64,000 bases of DNA, taken from positions 400,843 through 464,842 of the forward strand of contig JAWAFI010000001.1 in NCBI GenBank assembly GCA_038890615.1, given 5' to 3'. This DNA comes from Candidatus Anstonellales archaeon (lineage in GTDB: Archaea; Micrarchaeota; Micrarchaeia; Anstonellales; J096). A model generated the notes under the pieces. It worked only from the letters and a program-made list of their open reading frames with translations, searched no databases and was not told the DNA's origin. The position numbers were made by a program, and so were the translations under genes. This document shows positions 36,012 through 45,878 of the stretch, one piece after another (positions within the stretch are counted from its first letter, which is position 1; every line of letters starts with the position of its first letter).

Positions 36012-37278
36012 GCTTTTCTTCAATAACCCTTTCCTTCATTAATCTGGAACGTTCTTCACTAAGCACCTTCAATCTGTTTTCAAGCATATTTACGTTCTTA
36101 GCATAAGAAGGGTCTTTCTTATTTTTCTCAACCCTATCCATCTCCTTTCTTATCTCATCCATCTCCTTTTCAACCTGCTCTATTGTATAGGCTGGTTTTT
36201 GATAGGGTATTAACTTTGCTGGAATGGATAAAGTGGTTGCTGAGAGCACCACAACTGCAGAAACTAACAAAGTATTTATTGCATTCACAAGCTTGTTCAC
36301 TAAACTTCCTTTTGAAAATCTTTGCTCAATGGTTTTTGGCTTGTGCGGTTCTTCAGTTGGATTAGATTCAGCAGGATACCATGGAGGATCACTTCTTCCT
36401 CTTTTTATAGGCCATAAGAAAAGCATTGGTGCTGATATATCTTTTATAATCTCTTTATGCACTTCAGGGTTGCCATAGCTTCCAAATATCGCGTGCCTAT
36501 ACTCTTCTTTGTTTAGAATGTTCAAGAAGTCCTTTTCCACCTCTATGTAAAGGGCTACAGGTATCTCTGGCATTACACCATCCTTCAAAAGCAAAGAGTG
36601 CTTCTCAGATGCAGCCTTTACTTTTTCAACAACAGCTTCTTTGTAGTTGCCCAAGTATTCCTTAAGCTTCTCCTTATTTCCATATAATATCCACTCATCC
36701 TCGTTAACAACCCTAAGCAGCTCTTTCGGAGTTGGGGTTGGCTTGATTATCATCAATTCTTCTTTTTTGCTTTTTTGCCAGTACCATTTTACATAAAAGT
36801 CCTTCAGCCTCTTTACCCTGAAGCCGATTCCTTCTGCCATGCTTTTTAAACTTTTGAAGTACTTCTTTGTCTTTGAAAGCCATAGGCCGCTCGCCAAGAG
36901 CTGGTGTATGTCCCCGCAGAAAAGCATGGTTAGCTTTAGGGAGCTTTTTGTGCTGCTTAATTCCTTGTCTACCTCCTGCTTCAATTCAAGGAGATGGTTA
37001 AGGGCTGCTTTGTCTGTCTCGTCAGCAACCCCTTGCTCCGTCTTTTTTGGGCCCCCCCAAAGCACTACTAACTCTATATCCTTCCCTTCTTTTATTGCAT
37101 CCTTTACCCTCTTTTCAAGCTCTTCTGGAAACGCAGGCCTATCCCTTCTGAAGCTCTGCTTCATCATAACTCTAACTACTTTAGTAGCAACATCGCTTGC
37201 TTCTTTATCAAGAAGCAGCTCTGCCTCTTTCCCCTCCTTTTTATTCAGCCTTTGCAACTCCTTTATTGCTTCCTTCAC
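36001..37278 (-). CDS. Hypothetical enzyme, possibly PvcA/Dit1- or CDPS-like Rossmann fold, with C-terminal TM and coiled coil
   Basis: AIKEGKDIELVVLWGGPKK...ADETDKAALNHL...LFCGD...PPWY pattern; family assignment is tentative. Confidence 0.5.
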   Translation of the reverse strand: MKEAIKELQRLNKKEGKEAELLLDKEASDVATKVVRVMMKQSFRRDRPAFPEELEKRVKDAIKEGKDIELVVLWGGPKKTEQGVADETDKAALNHLLELKQEVDKELSSTKSSLKLTMLFCGDIHQLLASGLWLSKTKKYFKSLKSMAEGIGFRVKRLKDFYVKWYWQKSKKEELMIIKPTPTPKELLRVVNEDEWILYGNKEKLKEYLGNYKEAVVEKVKAASEKHSLLLKDGVMPEIPVALYIEVEKDFLNILNKEEYRHAIFGSYGNPEVHKEIIKDISAPMLFLWPIKRGRSDPPWYPAESNPTEEPHKPKTIEQRFSKGSLVNKLVNAINTLLVSAVVVLSATTLSIPAKLIPYQKPAYTIEQVEKEMDEIRKEMDRVEKNKKDPSYAKNVNMLENRLKVLSEERSRLMKERVIEEKLKQ

Positions 37279-37363
37279 AATATTATTGCCATTCCTTCTT
37301 TTTTAATCCTTTTTTTGGGGCATTCCGGAACTTTTATAAAACAACAAGGGCATTCTTATTCCT

Positions 37364-39199
37364 ATGAAGGTATTGCTTATTCATGCTGATAGCATAGAGG
37401 TTCACGTTAGGGAGAAAGCAATAAAGAACCCAGAGGAGGCGCCAATCAAGCACCTAGAGGCAAATGAAACCCTTGTGGTATTCACTGCAGTTGAGAAAGG
37501 GGATACAGCAGATACAGCAAAAAGGATGGCTAAGGACGCAGCAGAGGTTATGAGGCAGGTTAAGGCAGAGAGCTTTTTCCTCTATCCTTTAGTTCACCTT
37601 ACTTCTAACCCTGCTTCTCCATCAACAGCTCTTTCCATCCTTAATGAGTGCTCAAAAGAGCTAAGCAATTACGGCGAAGTAAAAAGGGCCCCTTTTGGGT
37701 GGTACAAGGCATATGCCTTGAAATGCAAGGGCCATCCGCTAAGCGAGCTTTCAAGGGAGTACAAAGCAGAAGGGGCAGAAGAGGTAGTTTCCCAGTCGCT
37801 AAAGAAGGAAAGCACTGTAAAATCAGAGTTTTTTGTCTTGACGCCAAAAGGCGAGCTAATAAAAGCAGATCAGTTTGACTATTCAAAATACCCAGAGCTC
37901 AAGAAGCTGGTGACTTATGAAACAAAGAAGGTCAGGTCTTATGAAAAGGAGCCGCCTCATATCGGATTGATGAAGAAGCATTGGATAAGCGACCATGAGC
38001 CAGGAAGCGATCCAGGGAACTTGAGATGGTACCCTAAAGGCAGGCTTATAAAAAAGGCTCTTGAAGAGGAGGTAACCAAGATATGCCTGAACGAAGGAGC
38101 GCTTGAGGTCGAAACCCCTGTGATGTACGACTTTGAGCACCCTTCTTTAAAGAAATACCTTAACAGGTTCCCTGCAAGGCAGTACCTTGTGATAAGCGAA
38201 GACAAGAAGCTTTTCCTAAGGTTCGCAGCATGCTTCGGCCAATTCCTTATTTCACACGACTTACCATTGACTTACAGGCACCTTCCTCTTAAGCTGTATG
38301 AGCTGACCCATTACAGCTTTAGGAGAGAGCAAAGCGGGGAGCTCGCAGGGCTGAAAAGGCTAAGGGCTTTCACAATGCCTGATATGCACACAATAGCCAG
38401 AGATATGGAGCAGGCAAAGGGCGAGTTTGCGCACCAGTTTGACCTCTGCATCAAGTGGATGGAAAGCTTAGGTTTGGAAAACGAGGTTGCTTTTAGGGCG
38501 CATAGGCAGTTTTTTGAAGAGAACAAGGAGTGGTATCTTGGCTTTGTCAGGAAGGTGAGGAAGCCGATAATGCTAGAGCTTTTTGATGAAAGGTATGCTT
38601 ACTTCATAACAAAGTTCGAGCTCAACTTCATAGATGGCATGGAAAAGGCAACTGCGCTTTCAACAGTGCAGATCGATGTGGAAAATTCAGAGACCTATGA
38701 CATAAATTTTGTTGACGAGGATGGGGCAAAGAAAAGGCCGCTTATACTCCATGCATCAATAAGCGGGGGAATAGACAGGGTTGTGTATGCTTTGCTGGAA
38801 AAGCAGGCAATGCTTATGGAGAAAGGGCAGAAAGCAATGCTCCAGCTTTGGCTGAGCCCTGTGCAGCTTAGGATAGTGCCTGTCAAAAGCGAGTACGTAG
38901 AAGATGCAAAGTTCCTGCTTAAGCGAATTGAAGGGAGGAAAGTTAGAGCTGATGTTGATGATAGGGAAGAGACGCTCTCAAAGAAGATAAGGCAGGCAGA
39001 GATGGAGTGGGTGCCTTATGTTGCTGTGTTGGGCGAAAGTGAGCTCAAGAGCGGCATGCTGAGCGTCAACGAAAGAGAAACTGGAAAAAAGCTAAGCATT
39101 TCTCTTGAAGATCTTGTTGAGCTAATAGAGAAAAAGACAGAAGGGCATGCGTTTGCCCAGCTTACATTCCCAAACCTGATGAGCAAGAGGCCTTTCTAG
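37364..39199 (+). CDS. thrS: Threonine--tRNA ligase (archaeal type with N-terminal editing domain)
   Basis: LLIHAD...RAPFGWYKAY..KCKGHPLSELSR editing domain; LRFAACFGQF, FRREQSGEL, FTMPDMH. Confidence 0.97.
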   Translation: MKVLLIHADSIEVHVREKAIKNPEEAPIKHLEANETLVVFTAVEKGDTADTAKRMAKDAAEVMRQVKAESFFLYPLVHLTSNPASPSTALSILNECSKELSNYGEVKRAPFGWYKAYALKCKGHPLSELSREYKAEGAEEVVSQSLKKESTVKSEFFVLTPKGELIKADQFDYSKYPELKKLVTYETKKVRSYEKEPPHIGLMKKHWISDHEPGSDPGNLRWYPKGRLIKKALEEEVTKICLNEGALEVETPVMYDFEHPSLKKYLNRFPARQYLVISEDKKLFLRFAACFGQFLISHDLPLTYRHLPLKLYELTHYSFRREQSGELAGLKRLRAFTMPDMHTIARDMEQAKGEFAHQFDLCIKWMESLGLENEVAFRAHRQFFEENKEWYLGFVRKVRKPIMLELFDERYAYFITKFELNFIDGMEKATALSTVQIDVENSETYDINFVDEDGAKKRPLILHASISGGIDRVVYALLEKQAMLMEKGQKAMLQLWLSPVQLRIVPVKSEYVEDAKFLLKRIEGRKVRADVDDREETLSKKIRQAEMEWVPYVAVLGESELKSGMLSVNERETGKKLSISLEDLVELIEKKTEGHAFAQLTFPNLMSKRPF

Positions 39200-39238
39200 C
39201 AGGCAAACCCTTTTAAACCCTCGTTGAGAGAGAAAAGC

Positions 39239-39652
39239 ATGGATTCATATGAGAATATGCTCAACCACCTTTATTCAGAGCTTTCTAAAGTCAAGAAGGT
39301 TATGGATGATGAAAGGTTTGAAATGCCTATTGCAGACATAACTGTTCAGGGGCAGACATCTATATTCAGGAACTTCCAGGCAGTTGCTGACAAGTTCAGA
39401 AGGAGCCCTGCTTTCTTCTCTGCTTTCCTTGCAAAGGAGCTGGGAGCTCCAGTGGAGGCTTCAGGGGATAAGCTCATAATAAAGACAAAGGTCAAGCCAG
39501 ACATGCTGAACAAGAAGCTGCTATTGTTCTTCGACAGGTTTGTAAAGTGCAGCCAGTGCAACAGGCCAGATACAGTCATGGAGATCGACCCTGTTTCAAA
39601 AGCAAAAGTGCTAAGGTGTGAATCATGCGGCGCCAAGACCACGGCCAAGTAA
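39239..39652 (+). CDS. eif2b: Translation initiation factor aIF2 beta
   Basis: ERFEMP, FLAKELGAP, CSQCNRPDT...CESCGA zinc ribbon. Confidence 0.93.
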   Translation: MDSYENMLNHLYSELSKVKKVMDDERFEMPIADITVQGQTSIFRNFQAVADKFRRSPAFFSAFLAKELGAPVEASGDKLIIKTKVKPDMLNKKLLLFFDRFVKCSQCNRPDTVMEIDPVSKAKVLRCESCGAKTTAK

Positions 39653-39969
39653 AAAAGCCACAGTTTCCGAATAGCCAATATCAGCCGGCAGGCGAGTTAA
39701 AAGTAAGGGTCCCAAAAGGCAAGGAGCTTATTGGAAAAGTAATCTCAACTCTAGGAGCTGCAAGGATGTCTGTGCTTTGCTCTGATGGAAAGGAAAGGGT
39801 GTGCAGAATACCCGGGCGCTTTAGGAAGATGTGGATAAAGGAAAGCAACATTGTGCTCGTTGTGCCTTGGGAAATAGAGGGGGATGAAAAGGGAGACATT
39901 GTATATAGGTATTCCCCTCTTGAGGCAGAAAAGCTTATGAAGCAGGGCCTGCTCAAGGGGCTTGAGTGA
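39625..39969 (+). CDS. eif1a: Translation initiation factor aIF1A
   Basis: LGAARMSVLCSDGKERVCRIPGR...VVPWE...KGDIVYRY. Confidence 0.95.
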   Translation: MRRQDHGQVKKPQFPNSQYQPAGELKVRVPKGKELIGKVISTLGAARMSVLCSDGKERVCRIPGRFRKMWIKESNIVLVVPWEIEGDEKGDIVYRYSPLEAEKLMKQGLLKGLE

Positions 39970-40667
39970 TGGCAAGGGCAAGCAGGAAGAAAAGAAAGCC
40001 TAGGGAAGAAAGGCCTGAGAAGGAAAAGATTGACATTGAGAATGCGATTTTTGACAGGCAGACACTTCTCAACATAAGCTCGCTTATGCGTGCTGGTGTT
40101 TTGGACTCAGTGGAGTCATGGGTTGCAGAGGGCAAGGAAGCAGTCATACTCAGGGGCAAAAAAGGAGAAAATGATGTTGCAGTAAAGGCCTTTAAGCTTG
40201 AAACCTCGAGTTTCAGGGACAGGCAGGCCTACCTTGAGAAAGAGATTAAATTCAAGAACAAAAAAGAAGAGGTAATTCACTTTGCACGGAGGGAATTCAA
40301 GGCGCTTTCTATTGCTTCCCAGTTTTGCCATGCCCCTAAGGTTTATGGAATGAAAGGGAATGTGATAGTGATGGATTTCATAGGGGAGGAAGGCAAGCCC
40401 TATCCGCGCCTTAAGGATGCCCCGTACCTTACAGAGCAAAAGGCAGGGCTTATAACGAATGAGCTGAAGGAGCTTAAGAGAAATGGGGTTGTGCATGCAG
40501 ATGTGAGCGAGTACAACCTTCTCAACTGCCCTGATGCGCTCTATCTCATTGATTTTGGCCAAGCCGTGTTTAAAAGGCACCCGAAGTTTGAAGAATACTA
40601 CAATAGGGATTTAGAGTCATTGCAAAGGATTTTCAGCAGGTATTTAAAACAAGGCAAAATCACCTGA
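39969..40667 (+). CDS. rio1: RIO1-family serine/threonine kinase
   Basis: GKEA, VAVK, VHADVSEYN, IDFGQAV; follows aIF1A as usual in archaea. Confidence 0.9.
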   Translation: MARASRKKRKPREERPEKEKIDIENAIFDRQTLLNISSLMRAGVLDSVESWVAEGKEAVILRGKKGENDVAVKAFKLETSSFRDRQAYLEKEIKFKNKKEEVIHFARREFKALSIASQFCHAPKVYGMKGNVIVMDFIGEEGKPYPRLKDAPYLTEQKAGLITNELKELKRNGVVHADVSEYNLLNCPDALYLIDFGQAVFKRHPKFEEYYNRDLESLQRIFSRYLKQGKIT

Positions 40668-41220
40668 GGATGCAGTAACTCTTTGCTGCAAATGAATTTG
40701 ACACCATCTGGCGCTTCCCTCCCTTCCTTATCAAAAGCCCTTTGCTTGTTTTCCTTATCACTTCAAATTCCTCTTCAGGCTTGATGTCTGCAGAGGCCTC
40801 ATCAGGATGGCCCACATAGAAAAGGAACCTCCACCTTCCTTGCCTAACCCTGTCCATATGCCTTATTATGCTGCTTTGCCTGATGCCAAGGAACCTCTCA
40901 ATCCCTTTGGTTACTTGGTAAGAAATCCCTGCTTCTGCTATGCCCTTTGCCTCCCCTACAGGAACGCCCAGCTTGTCCCTGAAAAGCGCCTCAAGCGCTT
41001 TTAGAGAGCGGTAAGCTTTATGGCCTTCCTGAACCCCTTTTTTAGTTAGGTAAAAGCCCTTGTGATGCTTCACAACAAGGTAGCGCCTTGCGCTCATCTT
41101 TGCTACCATTTCTGAAACTGATGCCTCTCTTACTCCCATGAATTCAGCAAGCTCTCCAGTAGAGACCATTGAGTTCTTCCTTTTGTGGAGCCTGTATATT
41201 GCAAGCAGGTAGGGAATCAT
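40660..41220 (-). CDS. DtxR/MntR-family metal-dependent regulator
   Basis: YLLAIYRL...STGELAEFMGVREASVSEMV...LTKKG; FeoA-like C-terminus; metal ligands look degenerate. Confidence 0.8.
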   Translation of the reverse strand: MIPYLLAIYRLHKRKNSMVSTGELAEFMGVREASVSEMVAKMSARRYLVVKHHKGFYLTKKGVQEGHKAYRSLKALEALFRDKLGVPVGEAKGIAEAGISYQVTKGIERFLGIRQSSIIRHMDRVRQGRWRFLFYVGHPDEASADIKPEEEFEVIRKTSKGLLIRKGGKRQMVSNSFAAKSYCILR

Positions 41221-42884
41221 TACATCCTCTCTGGTACCTCTATGCCAAGGATTCTAGAAAGGAGAACTGCGCTTTCCCTAAAGGCCTTCACAAGCAATAG
41301 GCGTGCGCCTTCCCTTTCATCTCCTATTACCTTGCATGAGTTATAAAATCTGTTGAAGTTTGAGCAAAGCGAGAGCAGGTGCTCTGCTATGCCGTGCACT
41401 GAGTAGTGCCTAAGTGAGTCCTCAAGCACACTTTCTGTCCTCATCAGTTCAAGCGCAAGCTTCCTTTCCATTTCATCAAGACTCTTCCCTGGTTCTGCCT
41501 CTGCCCCTTTGCCTTTCTTATTTAGTATGGAGCCAGCCCTTACTGCGCTGTATTGTATATACGGGCCGCTATTGCCCTCAATGTCCAATGCCTCATCCCA
41601 TTTGAATGTTATCTCCTTTGAAGGGCTGACCTTAAGGAAAGCAAGCCTTATTGCTGCGCGTGCAACCTCTTCATGGGCTCCTTTGCTAAGCTTCCTTGCC
41701 CTTTCAACTGCCTCTGCATAAAGCTCATCTGCGCTGAAGCCTATCCAAGTGCCTTTCCTTCCTGAGAACCTCTGGCCTGGCAGCTTCACATGCTCATATG
41801 TCAAATGGAAGTATTGTGTGAACCCAAGCTGCTTCATTACCTCTTTTATGAGTGCCTGCGGCTCCTGCTGCTCCCTTCCTATCACATTTATTACAGTGCT
41901 TGCCCCTTCCCACCCATCACTGCCAAGTGAGCTTTTCTTGAGCATTGAGCCGTTTCCCTGCCTGAAAAAGTCAGTGAATCCAATCCCCTTCAAAGCGCCT
42001 ATTTTCCACAAATGGAAAGCGATGTCCTTGCCAAGGTATGTAAAGGTGCCATCACTCCTCCTAAAAACTTTCTGTAGCCCTCCTGCGATGCATACCTCTG
42101 CATCTTTATAATCTCCTTCCCCTTTTTTGAGCACGCCCTTTTCAATAAGCATTTCTCTTGCCTTTTCTATGAAAGGAAGAACATCAGTTTCAAACACACA
42201 AATGTCTTGATATACTCTAAAATTGTGCGCTGTTTCATACTGTGCCATAACGCATTTTTCTGCCATTAAGCGAGCCTCCCCCCTAAGCTCACCTGATTCC
42301 ATCCTCTTCATGACTTCGCGCACCCCTCTTTCCACTTCTTCGTTGCCCATCTTCTTAGCTATTTCTACATAGCGCCTGCCTAACCACTGGTCAAACTTCC
42401 CCTCCTCTTTTCCCTTTTCATCCAAATAAAAGTAAAGGCTCTGGGCTACTTGAAGCCCTGCATCATCTATATAGTTCAGGCGCACTACATCATAGCCAAA
42501 AGAGCTAAGCAGGTTGCTTATTGCATCACCAAGGAGCGCATTCCTCAAGTGCCCTGCATGCCATGGCTTGTTTGGATTCACAGAAGGGTATTCAACTACC
42601 ACCTTTCCTTTCCTGCGCTTAAGTTTGATGCCTTCTGCAATCCTCTCTAGCTCCTCAATAATATACTCGTCCGAAAAGTTAGCATTAATATACCCCCCCT
42701 CAACCCAAACTTCTGAGAATTCAGGGAAGCTGCGGAGAGCATCTGCAATTTCTTGTGCATTTGCAAAGAACCCTGCTTTTGTAGATATGTGCGCATTTGG
42801 CGGGAAGGAGATTGAGAACTCTGCCTTTTTCCTGTCTATTCCCTTCCCAACGCAAGCTTCTACTATTCTCTCAAATGCCTTCAT
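41220..42884 (-). CDS. argS: Arginine--tRNA ligase
   Basis: VEYPSVNPNKPWHAGHLRN, RSDGTFTY, FSGRKG, GPYIQYS, C-terminal PERM. Confidence 0.96.
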   Translation of the reverse strand: MKAFERIVEACVGKGIDRKKAEFSISFPPNAHISTKAGFFANAQEIADALRSFPEFSEVWVEGGYINANFSDEYIIEELERIAEGIKLKRRKGKVVVEYPSVNPNKPWHAGHLRNALLGDAISNLLSSFGYDVVRLNYIDDAGLQVAQSLYFYLDEKGKEEGKFDQWLGRRYVEIAKKMGNEEVERGVREVMKRMESGELRGEARLMAEKCVMAQYETAHNFRVYQDICVFETDVLPFIEKAREMLIEKGVLKKGEGDYKDAEVCIAGGLQKVFRRSDGTFTYLGKDIAFHLWKIGALKGIGFTDFFRQGNGSMLKKSSLGSDGWEGASTVINVIGREQQEPQALIKEVMKQLGFTQYFHLTYEHVKLPGQRFSGRKGTWIGFSADELYAEAVERARKLSKGAHEEVARAAIRLAFLKVSPSKEITFKWDEALDIEGNSGPYIQYSAVRAGSILNKKGKGAEAEPGKSLDEMERKLALELMRTESVLEDSLRHYSVHGIAEHLLSLCSNFNRFYNSCKVIGDEREGARLLLVKAFRESAVLLSRILGIEVPERM

Positions 42885-42926
42885 CACCCACAATACTATT
42901 TAAATGTTTAAAAAGATAAGTGGTTG

Positions 42927-44021
42927 ATGCTTGGGCTTGCGCTTGGTGTGCTTATAGGCGCGCTTTCTGCACTGCTGCTTTTGCATCCTAACACAGTAGT
43001 CCCTCTTATACATGAGTTCGCCTCCCCTTCAGCAATAGCAGCAGCTTCGCTCTGCTTCTCTTTTGTTGCCTCAACCTTCCTAGGCATGCCTGATTCGCAA
43101 TCAAACATCTCAATGCTCCCTTCCCATAAGCTTGTTTCAGGGGGCCATGGAAACAAGGCCCTGAAAACCGTTGCGCTATCTTCGCTTATTGCAGCGATTG
43201 CTGTTGCAGCAGCAAGCCCGCTTCTCCTTCCATTCTATGAGATGTTCTACAAAGCCATGGTGCCTTACCTTTTCCCAGCAGTGCTCCTGCTCACGCTTTT
43301 GCTTTTTGCAAAATTGGAAAAACTTATTCCCAATGCAATCGCATTTGCAATTTCAGGGATCTTTGGGGCGCTAGTGCTCAATGCAGGGCTTAGCGAGCCT
43401 CTAATGCCCTTGTTCACAGGCCTTTTTGCAGTTCCCTCATTGCTATTTGCATCCAAGCATTTCCCAAAGCAAAGGAGGGAGGGAGCAGAATTCCTACCTG
43501 CTTATATAATAGTAGGTGCCTTACTTGGGGCCGTTGCAGTCGTGCTGCCTGCATTCAACAGCCCGTCATTGATAACAGCTCTTGCTTCTGCTGCAATAAG
43601 TGTCTCAACAATTGAGTTCCTTGCTCTTTCTTCTTCTGTTTCATCAGCAACACTTTTTGCTTCCATACTTATGCACTCTGCAACAGGAAAGGCAAGGCAG
43701 GGTTTCCTTGCCTATGAAACACCTTGCCCTGAAAACCTTATTTATGCACTTGCATCATTTGCTGCCTGCTCTGCTGTGCTATACTTGATTTCTGAACGCG
43801 CAGGAAGGTTCTTCAGCGCACTCAATATGGAAAAACTAAGGCCTTTCATCTTATTTTACTTGATCGTTGTTTGCTATGCCCTTTCTGGATTAGGAGGGGT
43901 TTTAGCAATGTCAGGAGCAGCAGCAATAGGCTCATTTTGCCTTAAATTAGGAGCTGAGAGGAGGTTCCTTATGGGAAGCCTCCTTGTGCCTACTCTTATG
44001 CTCCTAGCATGCTTGCAATGA
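42927..44021 (+). CDS. TctA-family (COG1784-like) membrane protein
   Basis: LHPN, STFLGMPD...MLPSHKLV..GHG, PLFTGLF motifs; many TMs. Confidence 0.75.
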   Translation: MLGLALGVLIGALSALLLLHPNTVVPLIHEFASPSAIAAASLCFSFVASTFLGMPDSQSNISMLPSHKLVSGGHGNKALKTVALSSLIAAIAVAAASPLLLPFYEMFYKAMVPYLFPAVLLLTLLLFAKLEKLIPNAIAFAISGIFGALVLNAGLSEPLMPLFTGLFAVPSLLFASKHFPKQRREGAEFLPAYIIVGALLGAVAVVLPAFNSPSLITALASAAISVSTIEFLALSSSVSSATLFASILMHSATGKARQGFLAYETPCPENLIYALASFAACSAVLYLISERAGRFFSALNMEKLRPFILFYLIVVCYALSGLGGVLAMSGAAAIGSFCLKLGAERRFLMGSLLVPTLMLLACLQ

Positions 44022-44026
44022 TGGCT

Positions 44027-44335
44027 TCATCCAAAAAGCCCTGCAAGCCCCTGGGCTGCCTCTTCCTCTGTCTTTTTCTCCTCTTTCTTTTCCTCCTTCT
44101 TCTCTGCTGGGGCAGCCCCTGCTGCTGAAGGCGCTGCTGCAACTGGCGAAACTACGCTCTCCTTCAGTGCTTCTTCTATGTTTACCCCTTTTAATGCTTC
44201 AGTAAGCACCTTTATGCGCGCTTCATCAGGCGCAATCCCTGCTGCCTTAACTACTCCTGCAACGCTCTCGCCGTTCACTTCCTTTCCTGCTCCGTAAAGA
44301 AGGAGCACTGCATGCAGATATGGATCTACTTTCAT
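44027..44335 (-). CDS. rpl12: 50S ribosomal stalk protein P1 (L12 archaeal)
   Basis: Ala-rich hinge and acidic tail ending EEEAAQGLAGLFG. Confidence 0.96.
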   Translation of the reverse strand: MKVDPYLHAVLLLYGAGKEVNGESVAGVVKAAGIAPDEARIKVLTEALKGVNIEEALKESVVSPVAAAPSAAGAAPAEKKEEKKEEKKTEEEAAQGLAGLFG

Positions 44336-45150
44336 TTTACCAACCTCTTCAAAGATTCTTCGTATGCACTTCCAAGTGCGAGTTTAAGCTTTATTGAACC
44401 TTCATTATAGTAATCAATCTTGGCAGAGATCGCCTTTTCATATCCCCCTGCCTTGGCTATTGCATACCTTATGGTAGCGTCTGTGTAATAGCAGGTTGCT
44501 GCAGAAAGGCTGTTGCCCATTTGCTGGGAAGCAATTATGCCTGCCATGAGGTCCTCCTTGCTTAATGAAAGCGTATCTCCTGTGAAAAGCGTGCTTCCAT
44601 CAAATCCATACAGCACCTTTATTCTCATGTAGAAAGGCATTACGTTGAGCTTCTGGAGAGCCTTTGCCACTGCTTCTTTTATTACCTCTCCTTTCCTTGC
44701 TATTACTGCTGGCTTTGCTATGACTATCTTGCCTCCCTGCACCCTTGCATCAAGCCCTGCAACCTTCAGCTCTGAAAGCACAGGGCCAGGAGGAAGAGAA
44801 GTTTCGCCATCTGCTACCTCTATGTCTGATTCAGCTATTTCCCTTGGCCTTGCATACCTTTTCTCTTTTATGTCAGCAATCTCCCAATAGATATCGTAAG
44901 GGCTCTTGTTAGTTAGTATCACAGCGAATGGCTCTTTAATGTCTGCCTTGACGCCAAGTCGCTCAAGAAGCTTTAACAGCACTACTTTCTTTCCTGCGCA
45001 TACCTTTCCTATTTTGCTGAGCTTTTCCCTCATCTTCTTCTGTAGCTTGCCCTTTGTCTTGTAAAGCGAAACAACAGCCAAATTCTTGTAATTCTGCGCT
45101 TCCTTAATAAGCTCTTCAATCCTCTGCTTCTTGATTTCCTTTGCCTTCAT
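44332..45150 (-). CDS. rpl10: 50S ribosomal protein uL10 (P0)
   Basis: GETSLPPGPVLSELK..G...GGKIVI insertion domain; sits between rpl1 and rpl12. Confidence 0.92.
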   Translation of the reverse strand: MKAKEIKKQRIEELIKEAQNYKNLAVVSLYKTKGKLQKKMREKLSKIGKVCAGKKVVLLKLLERLGVKADIKEPFAVILTNKSPYDIYWEIADIKEKRYARPREIAESDIEVADGETSLPPGPVLSELKVAGLDARVQGGKIVIAKPAVIARKGEVIKEAVAKALQKLNVMPFYMRIKVLYGFDGSTLFTGDTLSLSKEDLMAGIIASQQMGNSLSAATCYYTDATIRYAIAKAGGYEKAISAKIDYYNEGSIKLKLALGSAYEESLKRLVK

Positions 45151-45770
45151 ACCCTCACCGCCTTGCTCATTGTGAATTTCACGTATAATTTTGAGATGGC
45201 CTGTGCACCTACAGCTTTCTTTAGCTCTTCATACACGGCCATTGCATTCTCTGCAAGCTCTTCATTGCTCATGTCCTCTGTGCCTATGAATGCATGAAGC
45301 ACTGGTAGGTTCTTTCCCTTGGTTGCAACCCTTACTTCGTTCCTTGCCTTTTCAATGCTTTCCTTCAGCTTGCCTAGCACTGGCTTTGGCATCTTGTTCC
45401 TTGGCCCTAAGAACTTTCCTATCTTCTTTGCAACCTCGCCCATAAGCTGTGGCTGCGCAAGCAGAGTGTAATCCCTTATGAGCTCTTTAAGGGCCTTGCT
45501 GTCTGAAGAGAGAGCATCTAAGTCTTCTTTCCTTATAAGCTTGTCAGCCCCTGCCTTCTCTGCCTCCCTGACAAAATTCTCATCTCCTATTACCCCAACC
45601 TTCCACTTCTTTGCCCCCCTTCCATTTGGGAGTGATATAGTTGCATTTACCCTATTCTCTGGCTTTGAGAAATCAACTCCTTTGAAGTTTATAACAAGCT
45701 CAACGCTCTGCCTGAATTTCCTTTTTCCTCGTTCAATCTGCTCAAGCGCTTTTACTATTTTGTCTTTCAT
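45147..45770 (-). CDS. rpl1: 50S ribosomal protein uL1
   Basis: RKFRQSVELVINFKGVD, LGPRNKMPKP, IGTEDM, KFTMS; true ATG at 45770 with GGAGG upstream. Confidence 0.96.
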   Translation of the reverse strand: MKDKIVKALEQIERGKRKFRQSVELVINFKGVDFSKPENRVNATISLPNGRGAKKWKVGVIGDENFVREAEKAGADKLIRKEDLDALSSDSKALKELIRDYTLLAQPQLMGEVAKKIGKFLGPRNKMPKPVLGKLKESIEKARNEVRVATKGKNLPVLHAFIGTEDMSNEELAENAMAVYEELKKAVGAQAISKLYVKFTMSKAVRV

Positions 45771-45774
45771 AAAG

Positions 45775-45804
45775 ACCCTCCTGCTACCAGCAGTTGATGC
45801 GGGT
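45775..45804 (-). promoter_or_regulatory. Putative uL1-binding autoregulatory leader
   Basis: ACCC-GCATCAA-CTGCT-GGT-AGCAG-GA-GGGT: two helices around an asymmetric GA / GC..AA internal loop, overlapping the SD. Confidence 0.65.
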
Positions 45805-45878
45805 ATTGCTATAAGAGGGAGGCATACCTTTATAAGCATTCCCTTTCCTTTAAGATTAACTTATTTTAAGGTGACTAA

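Noticed and set aside
37279..37323. Upstream in-frame ATG (37323) separated from the 36001-37278 ORF by a TAA, suggesting another nonsense lesion
   Set aside because: That ATG is only about 10 nt from the likely TATA box, too close to be transcribed; it may be chance.
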